Source: Candidatus Iainarchaeum sp.
GTDB lineage: Archaea > Iainarchaeota > Iainarchaeia > Iainarchaeales > JAZDEL01
Direction: 5' to 3'
Assembly (NCBI GenBank): GCA_043808785.1
Contig: JAZDEL010000004.1
Span: 90,001-122,000 of the forward strand
Length of the DNA: 32,000 bases
Positions 10,701 through 16,982 of the stretch are shown here, in pieces. Position 1 is the stretch's first letter. Each line of letters begins with the position of its first letter. The translations under genes and the position numbers were made by a program. Below the pieces are notes generated by a model. That model ran no database searches. It was given only the letters and a program-made list of their open reading frames with translations, and was not told the DNA's origin.

Positions 10701-13700
10701 CGAAATACACCGACAAGAAGGGGATTGCGAAGTTCGATATTCCCGCCTCGGCCCCGGGAACGAAAATAAAAATACGCGTGGAGAAGCCGGGTTACGCGAC
10801 AAAAACCGCGGAGAAGGAGGTCAGCGCCAAGGTTGTTTCATTCGAGCCCGAAAGCCTTGCCTCCGAACTGAACCTTACGGACGCGCTGGAGAATTACCAG
10901 GAATTGAAAATTACCAACCTCACAACAAAAAACCTCAAAATAAGTTCAATGCACGCCACGGGCAGGCTTTACGGTTTGCTCGATTTGGAGCGCATGGACA
11001 GCTGGCTCGGGACGCAGTTGATTGAAATCAAGGAAGGGGAAACGGAAAGCATCAGCTTCCAGACAGCGCTGAACGAGGAGATTGCAGGCCTGCTGAAAAA
11101 GGTGCAAAGCGTGGAGGGCAAGCTTGTAATTAACATGGACGATTCCGCGGGAATAGGCACGTGGAGCTTTGAAGTGCCTTTCAGGGTGAGCATAAACCCC
11201 ACTGTTTCGACCAAGTACGAGAACTGCCTTGCTGTTTCGATAAAGGAGTGGAACGACACAATCTTCAACGGCTCAGCCACAATTACATTCACTGTTTCGA
11301 ACAACTGCGTTGACGCAAAGGACAAGCCCATGGCGCTGAAGAACCTGCGCGCGGGCATTAAGTGGAATTCGGACAGCATAGGGCTTGTGAAACTTACCGC
11401 AAAGGATTTGGAGAGCGGGGAAACCGCGCCGCTGGAAGTGCTGCAGGAAAGGGCTTACGCGCCGATGTTTTCCGGCGTTCCCGCGGGCGCTGAGTACGAG
11501 TTTGCCGCCACTTTCACGCCGAAGCCGAGCACGGAGCCCGGTTCGGTTGCGAAGTTCGATATTATGTTCGAAGCCTCCCTGCTCGGCGGAACGGGGGAGG
11601 AAACGGTTAACGCGAGCAATGCAATTGCCTCCACAATAACCGTTGCAAATATGGAGAAGTGCGTTACTTACGAGCCGAACCCCGAGGAAGGGGTAAAGGT
11701 CACCATGGATTCCACAAAGGACAAGCTGGGAGAGTTCAAGATAATCAACAACTGCGGCAATGCAGCGCTTGACTTCAGGTTCTGCCACGGCGATAACGGG
11801 TGCAAGGGAGGCACTGAAGAAGGGGGAATTACGCTGGGAGGCATACCTGATGACAGGGTAATAAAGGACCTCAGGAGCGGGGAGGACAAAACCATTACAA
11901 TAAAGTCCGCTGAAATGCCGGGGATTTACGGCGTTACAATAGAGGCGCGCGCAGCGGGCGGCGCTTGGGTGCAGATTGCGGTAATGGATGTCATTGTCCA
12001 CCCGCGCGCGGGAACTTACATAGATATGGACAAGTACAAGTTCACAATAATAGGGAAGGGCGCGAAGGACAGCGCGAAGGTCGTGAACACGATGGTTCAC
12101 GAGCCCGTGAAGGTCAAGGCGGATTTGTGCGCATGGGGGGAGGCTGTTAAGGATAAGAAGTTCTCAAGCGGACAAATTGCAGGCATATCGGCTGGCGCAG
12201 GGTTGGCAGCCGCGACCATTGCGGTAGCGACAGACTCGGCTGCGGCATATGCTATAGGCGGGGCAGTATTGGCAGCAGCAAACTCAGTTGCACCAGGTGC
12301 CGCCTTGGCTGCAGGGGCAGGCGTAATAGGACTTGCGGTCGTAGTTGTTGCAGTGATTGCGCTTTTGGCATTCAACGCCTTCAACAAAAAAGACTGCCAT
12401 GACGATACCGAGGTGCAGACCCTCGAGGATTATGTAATCCTCCTCGCGGGCGGAAGCGAACTCGCTCCCGATGCGCGCGGGATATTCTCCGGAATGGACA
12501 AGGAGGTTGCTGCGAAGTTCAACCTGATGATTAAGGAGTATGCGGACGAGAAGGAATATGTCGGCGCCGTGTTCGAGAACATCGGCGCGCAGGAGCAGGG
12601 TTCGGTTTACTCGGTTGCAAGCCTGAAGGTTACTGAGCACGTGCATGGAGACCCGTACCACAAGGGAAACGCATTTGTTGAATGCGATAACGGGCACTTC
12701 CGCCCGTGGTGGATAGGCGCTAGCGGAACGCAGGGTGCATGTAAAGGCGCTTATGACCAGGAAAACGAATACAAGTTCCACCTCAGGTTCAGGACAGGCG
12801 AGGAGAAGGAATCACTGCCGCAGACGGACTTCGACACATACCCCTGCATGGGCTCAAGCGGGGAGATAGGCAGGACAGGCACAGGTGCGGTGCCGCAGGT
12901 GAAGCTCGACTGGAGCTGGAACGAGCCGGAGGGCATCGCATACAACAGCTGCGACGCGGACAACCCCGAGGGGGTGTACTGCGACGCGACGCAGTTCAGC
13001 ATTGAGTTAAGCAAGAGGCTCTACCGCCTGCACGAGTTCCTGAAGATTAACGGCTATGATTTCACGTGCCCCGACCCAGGCAATTCCGCAAACACTGCGC
13101 TTGCGGAAAAGAATGCGGAAACAGGGACGCATGTGGTCTCAAGCGGAAAGCTCGGGCTGAGGGACCTGACAGCGGAGGTTTCGGGCAAGGATGTTGAAGC
13201 AACGGCAACCGTGCATAACAAGACAACGAAAATGCAGGATGCGGATGTTAAAGTGATTCTGCAGGGAGCGAACAAATCCGATGAGTGCACCATAAACATA
13301 AAAGATATCGGTACCGCGGCGGCAAAGGAAGGGAGCTGCGAATTCGGGGATTTGGACAGCGGGACGTACGCACTGCTTGCGCAGATTAGTTCGGTTACAA
13401 CGACCTCGCTGGACAACTCGACAGTCAGTTATGGCTTCATGATTGCCGAGGAGGCTTCGAAGGAAGCAAAGGCTTATGGCTGCGAGTTCTCCAGAAACAC
13501 CGAAACATACTACGGCGTGCCGAACATAGTTCGGTTCGTGGAGGAAACTGAAAACGTGAGGTGGACCGCTGACGTGCACAACATAAACGAGCTCAGGGAC
13601 CTGCTGAAGTTCAACGCTTACCTGATGAAAGACGGATATACGACCGACTTCAAAAAGGACTTCGTGCAGTATTACAACAACACGCCGTTCATGGATACGC

Positions 13701-14914
13701 CGACATATTTCACTGATTTGGAGAACGGCAAGGGGCTGGATGTGCTGTTTGATTCGGGGCTTGTAACTTACACCGAGAAATTCATAAACGAAACGGAAAC
13801 AAAGCTTGCGTCCGCGGGAATATATGAGGTTGAAATCGCCGCTTATTTCGGCAAGGACTGGAGGTTCTTTGACGACAAGGGAAAGGCGAACACCGCGGTT
13901 GCTGTCGTGCTTTACAGGCTCAAGGACGCATACCCCAACAGCCCGCTCTACAGCATGCCTTTCGACGGGCTTGTAGGATTGGAAGGGGAAACCTTCGACA
14001 GGCAGGGCTACGGCACGGGATATGACAACTTCAGCGCGGAGGACATGCTGCAGATAAACAACGACTCCGTGCCAGTGAAAACCTACATGAGCGCTGGCTC
14101 TAACCCGATTTCGAACGCGGAAACGGAAATCGTTTCCGACTTCAAGAGCCTGAACTCGGACCCTGAAACAAGGGGCGCATTGCTTGTGATTGACAGGAGC
14201 GGAGGAACGCCAAAAATGAGCTTCATGCCCTCGCGCGCAACGCCGGTGATGATGAAAGTAAGCAGGGAGGAGGCGACAAAGGAGCCTTTCGCCGCGTTCT
14301 ACACGGTCACAATGGGCGGCAGCCCGATAACCGTGAACAGCGGCACGCCCACGGGAACAGGCTCGGTGCTAACATACTGGGACGGCGCGGGAAACTGCCT
14401 GGACTTTGGCGGCACGCCCGTCTGGAAGAAGTTCTACCAGCAGCCCGACAGGCAGGCGGACAGCAAGGACGGCATAAGCGCATGGCAGAACGCATATGCA
14501 ATGGACTGGGAAAAGGCGCTGTACGGCGGCAACGTGTTCCTGCGCACGATATTCTACACAAGCCCATATGAGAACATGGGGCTTGCCGCCGCGCAGCCCG
14601 GCGATACGGTGAAATTCTTCACGCCCGACGGGGAGGGGCTGGCGGTAGAATTGAACGGGATAAACGGCATGGAGCACAATAAGAAGGGCGGCGGAAGCCT
14701 CGACACTATATACTCCATGGAGGACATATTCAGCCTTGTCGGGGAGCAGGCTGTGTGCGCGACAAGCACCGGCAACCAGGTTAAGTTCTGGTGGAACCCG
14801 CAGAAAATTTACACGCAGAAAGGGGACAGCGGAACAAGTATAAGCGAGATGACAACCGCGCTGAGCCCATATTCGGCATACGGGGACCTGGTGTGCATAG
14901 GCGGGGCAGGGTAA
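7736..14914 (+). CDS. giant membrane-anchored surface protein, paralog B (2392 aa, function unknown)
   Basis: Uninterrupted 2392-codon ORF. The TTG start gives (M)LKELYEKLENGWYDLLD...PVYKIIDPIDKVVPSFALLLG, which aligns with the N-terminus of ORF A. Conserved blocks shared along the whole length include EKCTP..CG.LKV.VIDE, GDAKWASIVW, IHDNAN, YCDATQF, MPFDG, ATPVMMK and FWWNP.KIY. Confidence 0.9.
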   Translation: MLKELYEKLENGWYDLLDKVNASVPVYKIIDPIDKVVPSFALLLGAVGLIALLLLWFFVLPMLTGPRGDATLTVKIETESGSAVRSAAVEISFAGETRDGKTGSGGEAVFENIPMGSEVKISVTKTGYEDAGKTIRVSQKEEAVTITMKAGGPPPPPDNQVTITFVGPDGKKASGVTLYLDLRCSSGAFFDEPQRTTTTGDITVTPPQGCGTIVVNVSGDDFRPGSYYTNGGTVRLQGNGTDEMDAGTGSIIITVKDENGTKRLSGIKITVYDSYGTTAGSAYTSMGEAEFTLAAGDYVASLDDEKGDYASESLEFSMAPGDELSETVTMGKMPGAILEVSVEARESGASIEGAIVFLRAENGAMLERETGNSGIAQFTLSPKDRGKYYASATAEGFIASDETEIDLADVKAGETVNVELALEKCTPQKCGLLKVKVIDEDSLKVQNAEVSLFNAETGFWAKEYGKKATDVNGAVEFANVRAGKYYALAQKYPATGQSEHYDVDPNATGNEIIVNMVIGNGTLRVEVTDVDNAPVPFADVEIKTQGGEELGTIPALANGIMSREFKADKSVYVVVRKEGYTTFTSTPVQIFPDRVETISAKLEEEILGDRAKVELLGIFEGSKEMENLSAGKKYTIKMRLRVPSEGGFDEVGLHVRTGTENLAEKDKIYINWVNAPYSTVLKGSTYNAPLGNADGTEEITNGDAKWASIVWGEPEAGIYNADIEVRVRSETTRGFLLPFYYRAWSLKNGEYLRDPQDDALGSAAETAEKGALYAEAYVKNYFEGTSELCDDEFCYSERVYDIAEGMNLTQTPYPIRVTGEYRWEFTITNNSQTIHDNANIRVKNTQEGTTTDSVVRVQSYTLTNADGKVFTGSKPTFELEQIDAGKMGWNKSVKGELMLQGRELEESNMGIKIVSAGNVVFDKLVPFEVYSEKDVRLTVKPDVIPSLTPTELKVTAEYEDEQEGEWLELEKAFVTVTITTPDKAQSREPKYTDKKGIAKFDIPASAPGTKIKIRVEKPGYATKTAEKEVSAKVVSFEPESLASELNLTDALENYQELKITNLTTKNLKISSMHATGRLYGLLDLERMDSWLGTQLIEIKEGETESISFQTALNEEIAGLLKKVQSVEGKLVINMDDSAGIGTWSFEVPFRVSINPTVSTKYENCLAVSIKEWNDTIFNGSATITFTVSNNCVDAKDKPMALKNLRAGIKWNSDSIGLVKLTAKDLESGETAPLEVLQERAYAPMFSGVPAGAEYEFAATFTPKPSTEPGSVAKFDIMFEASLLGGTGEETVNASNAIASTITVANMEKCVTYEPNPEEGVKVTMDSTKDKLGEFKIINNCGNAALDFRFCHGDNGCKGGTEEGGITLGGIPDDRVIKDLRSGEDKTITIKSAEMPGIYGVTIEARAAGGAWVQIAVMDVIVHPRAGTYIDMDKYKFTIIGKGAKDSAKVVNTMVHEPVKVKADLCAWGEAVKDKKFSSGQIAGISAGAGLAAATIAVATDSAAAYAIGGAVLAAANSVAPGAALAAGAGVIGLAVVVVAVIALLAFNAFNKKDCHDDTEVQTLEDYVILLAGGSELAPDARGIFSGMDKEVAAKFNLMIKEYADEKEYVGAVFENIGAQEQGSVYSVASLKVTEHVHGDPYHKGNAFVECDNGHFRPWWIGASGTQGACKGAYDQENEYKFHLRFRTGEEKESLPQTDFDTYPCMGSSGEIGRTGTGAVPQVKLDWSWNEPEGIAYNSCDADNPEGVYCDATQFSIELSKRLYRLHEFLKINGYDFTCPDPGNSANTALAEKNAETGTHVVSSGKLGLRDLTAEVSGKDVEATATVHNKTTKMQDADVKVILQGANKSDECTINIKDIGTAAAKEGSCEFGDLDSGTYALLAQISSVTTTSLDNSTVSYGFMIAEEASKEAKAYGCEFSRNTETYYGVPNIVRFVEETENVRWTADVHNINELRDLLKFNAYLMKDGYTTDFKKDFVQYYNNTPFMDTPTYFTDLENGKGLDVLFDSGLVTYTEKFINETETKLASAGIYEVEIAAYFGKDWRFFDDKGKANTAVAVVLYRLKDAYPNSPLYSMPFDGLVGLEGETFDRQGYGTGYDNFSAEDMLQINNDSVPVKTYMSAGSNPISNAETEIVSDFKSLNSDPETRGALLVIDRSGGTPKMSFMPSRATPVMMKVSREEATKEPFAAFYTVTMGGSPITVNSGTPTGTGSVLTYWDGAGNCLDFGGTPVWKKFYQQPDRQADSKDGISAWQNAYAMDWEKALYGGNVFLRTIFYTSPYENMGLAAAQPGDTVKFFTPDGEGLAVELNGINGMEHNKKGGGSLDTIYSMEDIFSLVGEQAVCATSTGNQVKFWWNPQKIYTQKGDSGTSISEMTTALSPYSAYGDLVCIGGAG

Positions 14915-14923
14915 GGAATCCGC

Positions 14924-15103
14924 ATGATGGAAACCGCGAGGAAAATTTACTATTCCGCAGAGGAGCGCTATTATTCAATCCTGGACGACGCGAATAAGGT
15001 CGCCCCTGTTTACGACGTGCTCTGGCACATAGACATCCATTTCCCCTCTTTCGTGCTTTTTCTTGCGGGGATTGCGGTTCTGGCAGTGATAATTGCGCAC
15101 TAG
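14924..15103 (+). CDS. 59-aa N-terminal-module-only paralog of the giant proteins (possible remnant of a third giant gene)
   Basis: My own translation is MMETARKIYYSAEERYYSILDDANKVAPVYDVLWHIDIHFPSFVLFLAGIAVLAVIIAH*. It aligns with the first ~55 aa of ORFs A and B (Y..LD, (V/A)PVY, ID, PSF.L.L.G plus the TM helix) and stops immediately after the helix. It is below the 60-aa cutoff of the ORF track. Confidence 0.5.
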   Translation: MMETARKIYYSAEERYYSILDDANKVAPVYDVLWHIDIHFPSFVLFLAGIAVLAVIIAH

Positions 15104-15163
15104 GCGCACACTTCAAAACCCCAAAAAACCACGCGCCCAAAAGGTTAGTTATTTAATAAGCGA

Positions 15164-15261
15164 GCGGGAAATCCCGCCGCGTTAGCAGCGGGATGAAACG
15201 AGCAAACAACAACTTTATAACGCACGGCAGAAAACCCCTGCGTTCAGGCAGGGGGATGGAC
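15164..15261 (+). repeat. two related hairpin units upstream of tnpB (candidate IS left-end subterminal palindromes)
   Basis: Unit 1 is GCGGGAAATCCCGC-CGCGTTAGCA-GCGGG-ATGAAAC (15164-15199). Unit 2 is CCCCTGC-GTTCAG-GCAGGGG-GATGGAC (15235-15261). The stems differ but stay complementary, while the loop (GTT.AG) and the 3' tail (GGGATG.AC) are similar. Confidence 0.5.
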
Positions 15262-15291
15262 GCCGCGTGCACCGGAAATGCCCCTTGCAAA

Positions 15292-15302
15292 CATATATAA
15301 AC
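15292..15302 (+). promoter_or_regulatory. TATA-like box for tnpB
   Basis: CATATATAAAC lies about 32 nt upstream of the ATG at 15334, implying a short or absent leader. Confidence 0.4.
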
Positions 15303-15333
15303 ACCAAAATACAAATTTAGTGCGGTAGATGTT

Positions 15334-16473
15334 ATGAAAGCCTACAAATACAGGATATATCCAAGCAAAGCGCAGGAACGGGAAATGAACAAACACCTGT
15401 GGCTGTCCAAGAATTTATGGAATGAACTTCTCGCGCACAATAAACGAATGTATAGGGACTACGGCTATTTCGCAACGAAAAACTCAATGCAACGGATGGT
15501 AAAAGAATATGGGCTGTTTTCTCAAACACAACAGGCTATTTCCGATAGGTTGCAAAAGGCAATAATGAGATATTTGAGTTTGAAAAAGCAGGGAAAAGAA
15601 TGCGGCTTCCCCCGCTTCAAATCAATAGGCGGAATGAAAAGCCTGGCATACCCGCAACATGGATTCAGACTTAATAAGAAACTAAAAGTCAGCCCATTCG
15701 GCGAAATAAAAATTAAGCGGCACAGGGAGATTGAGGGGAAGATAAAAACACTCTCCCTAAAGAAATATGCAAGTGGAAAGTGGTTCGCGGTATTCTGTGC
15801 AGAGCAGGAGAAACGGCAGCCCGCGCCGAACAACGGCGGGCAGATAGGCATTGACTTGGGATTGATTACTTTTGCCGCCTGCTCGGACGGAAAAAAGATT
15901 GTCAACCCTAAGCACATAAAACTGCACGAGGGCAAACTCGCATCCATGCAGAGGAGATTTGTCAGGAAAATAAAGAGAAGCAGGAACAGGATAAAGGCGA
16001 AAGTCAAAATAGCAAGGTTGCACGAGAGAGTTGCAAATTCAAGAAAAGACTTCCTGCATAAAATTTCCACGAATCTCGTTAATGATTGCTCCCTTATCGC
16101 ATTGGAGAAACTGCAAAGCCAGAAGATGGCGGAGCAGACTTATGGAAAATTCATAAACGATGCGGGTTGGGGCATGTTCGCGGATATGCTTCGCTACAAG
16201 GCTGAAAGTGCTGGTTGTGAGGTTGTGTTCGTGAACCCGAAGAATACGACAAAGATGTGCAGCAGATGCGGCTCGCTCCATGACTTGCCTCTCTCGCAGA
16301 GAGTATATTCCTGCGAGTGCGGGCTGGAAATGGATAGGGATGTCAATGCCGCAATAAACATGCTTGCGCTTGCTATGCAAGATACGCCCGGAATGAGCGG
16401 AATAAACGCCTGTGGAAATGGAACGATAGTTCCGTCAATGAAGCAGGAAGCCCGTGGCTTTAGTCATGGGTGA
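15334..16473 (+). CDS. tnpB: TnpB (IS200/IS605 OrfB-type RNA-guided nuclease), 379 aa
   Basis: The N-terminus MKAYKYRIYPSKAQ is typical of the family. RuvC-I GIDLGL, RuvC-II ALEKL, zinc finger CSRCG...CECG and RuvC-III DRDVNAAINM are all present. Confidence 0.9.
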   Translation: MKAYKYRIYPSKAQEREMNKHLWLSKNLWNELLAHNKRMYRDYGYFATKNSMQRMVKEYGLFSQTQQAISDRLQKAIMRYLSLKKQGKECGFPRFKSIGGMKSLAYPQHGFRLNKKLKVSPFGEIKIKRHREIEGKIKTLSLKKYASGKWFAVFCAEQEKRQPAPNNGGQIGIDLGLITFAACSDGKKIVNPKHIKLHEGKLASMQRRFVRKIKRSRNRIKAKVKIARLHERVANSRKDFLHKISTNLVNDCSLIALEKLQSQKMAEQTYGKFINDAGWGMFADMLRYKAESAGCEVVFVNPKNTTKMCSRCGSLHDLPLSQRVYSCECGLEMDRDVNAAINMLALAMQDTPGMSGINACGNGTIVPSMKQEARGFSHG

Positions 16474-16507
16474 TTCACACAAGAAAACCGTAGTGGTTAG
16501 GTAGGCA

Positions 16508-16960
16508 ATGCGGGCGGGTAACCGCCGAAAGCAGGGCGTGAATCGCATGGTAACGGGAACAGAACTTGCCGTACTCTTCAGCCTGGGCGAGGTCTGGGGC
16601 GACCTTAACCTTGTGCTGAAGATAATCGTGCTGATTACCGTTGCGAGCTTTGTGCGCGGCAATCTGGGTGACAGCGCGCTCTCCTGGATTGTGATAATAG
16701 GGTTCGGGTGGTTCGTGCTGTTCGACGGATGGATGCTGTTCGGGCCGGTGTATGTGCTTTACATACTTCTCGGTTTGGGGGTGAGCGGCATACTCGTGGA
16801 CTTCTTCTTCATATCCATGAACATGGGCGCGCCGATGGGCGGGCAGCAGCAGGAGCCCATAAGTTCGGGCACGGACGTGCTGCAGAAGAGGATGGTGCAC
16901 GGGCACATGCAGGGGCATATGGCTACGCACAAGCCAAGGCCGCCGATGGGGATGGGATGA
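16508..16960 (+). CDS. small polytopic membrane protein P1 (3 predicted TM) with a Met/His/Gly/Pro-rich C-terminal tail
   Basis: Hydrophobic segments are LNLVLKIIVLITVASFV, ALSWIVIIGFGWFVLF and GPVYVLYILLGLGVSGILVDFFFI. The tail is MNMGAPMGG...MVHGHMQGHMATHKPRPPMGMG. An alternative ATG at 16547 is plausible, because 16504-16548 looks like a repeat element. Confidence 0.65.
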   Translation: MRAGNRRKQGVNRMVTGTELAVLFSLGEVWGDLNLVLKIIVLITVASFVRGNLGDSALSWIVIIGFGWFVLFDGWMLFGPVYVLYILLGLGVSGILVDFFFISMNMGAPMGGQQQEPISSGTDVLQKRMVHGHMQGHMATHKPRPPMGMG

Positions 16961-16982
16961 GTAAAATAGCGATACCGTAAGG

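Larger units (their letters stand above)
15160..16550 (+). mobile_element. IS200/IS605-family tnpB-only (IS1341-like) element; boundaries approximate
   Basis: The tnpB ORF is flanked by related GC-rich imperfect palindromes (15164-15199 and 15235-15261 upstream, 16504-16548 downstream). No tnpA is present. The segment is visibly more A/T-rich than its flanks. Exact LE/RE ends cannot be set from a single copy. Confidence 0.45.

Noticed and set aside
14781-15140. 119-aa minus-strand ORF spanning the end of ORF B and the 59-codon ORF.
   Set aside because: It is an Arg/Pro/Ser-rich shadow ORF. The + strand reading is supported by homology of the 59-aa product to the N-termini of both giant proteins.
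15164-15261. Possible mini CRISPR array next to tnpB: two ~27-36 nt hairpin repeats with a 63-nt period and tails ending ATGAAAC / GATGGAC.
   Set aside because: There are only two units, and they are only partly similar (different stem sequences). There are no further repeats and no cas genes. A third related unit lies on the other side of tnpB. Subterminal palindromes of an IS200/IS605-type element explain the pattern better. A CRISPR-like role cannot be fully excluded without RNA data.
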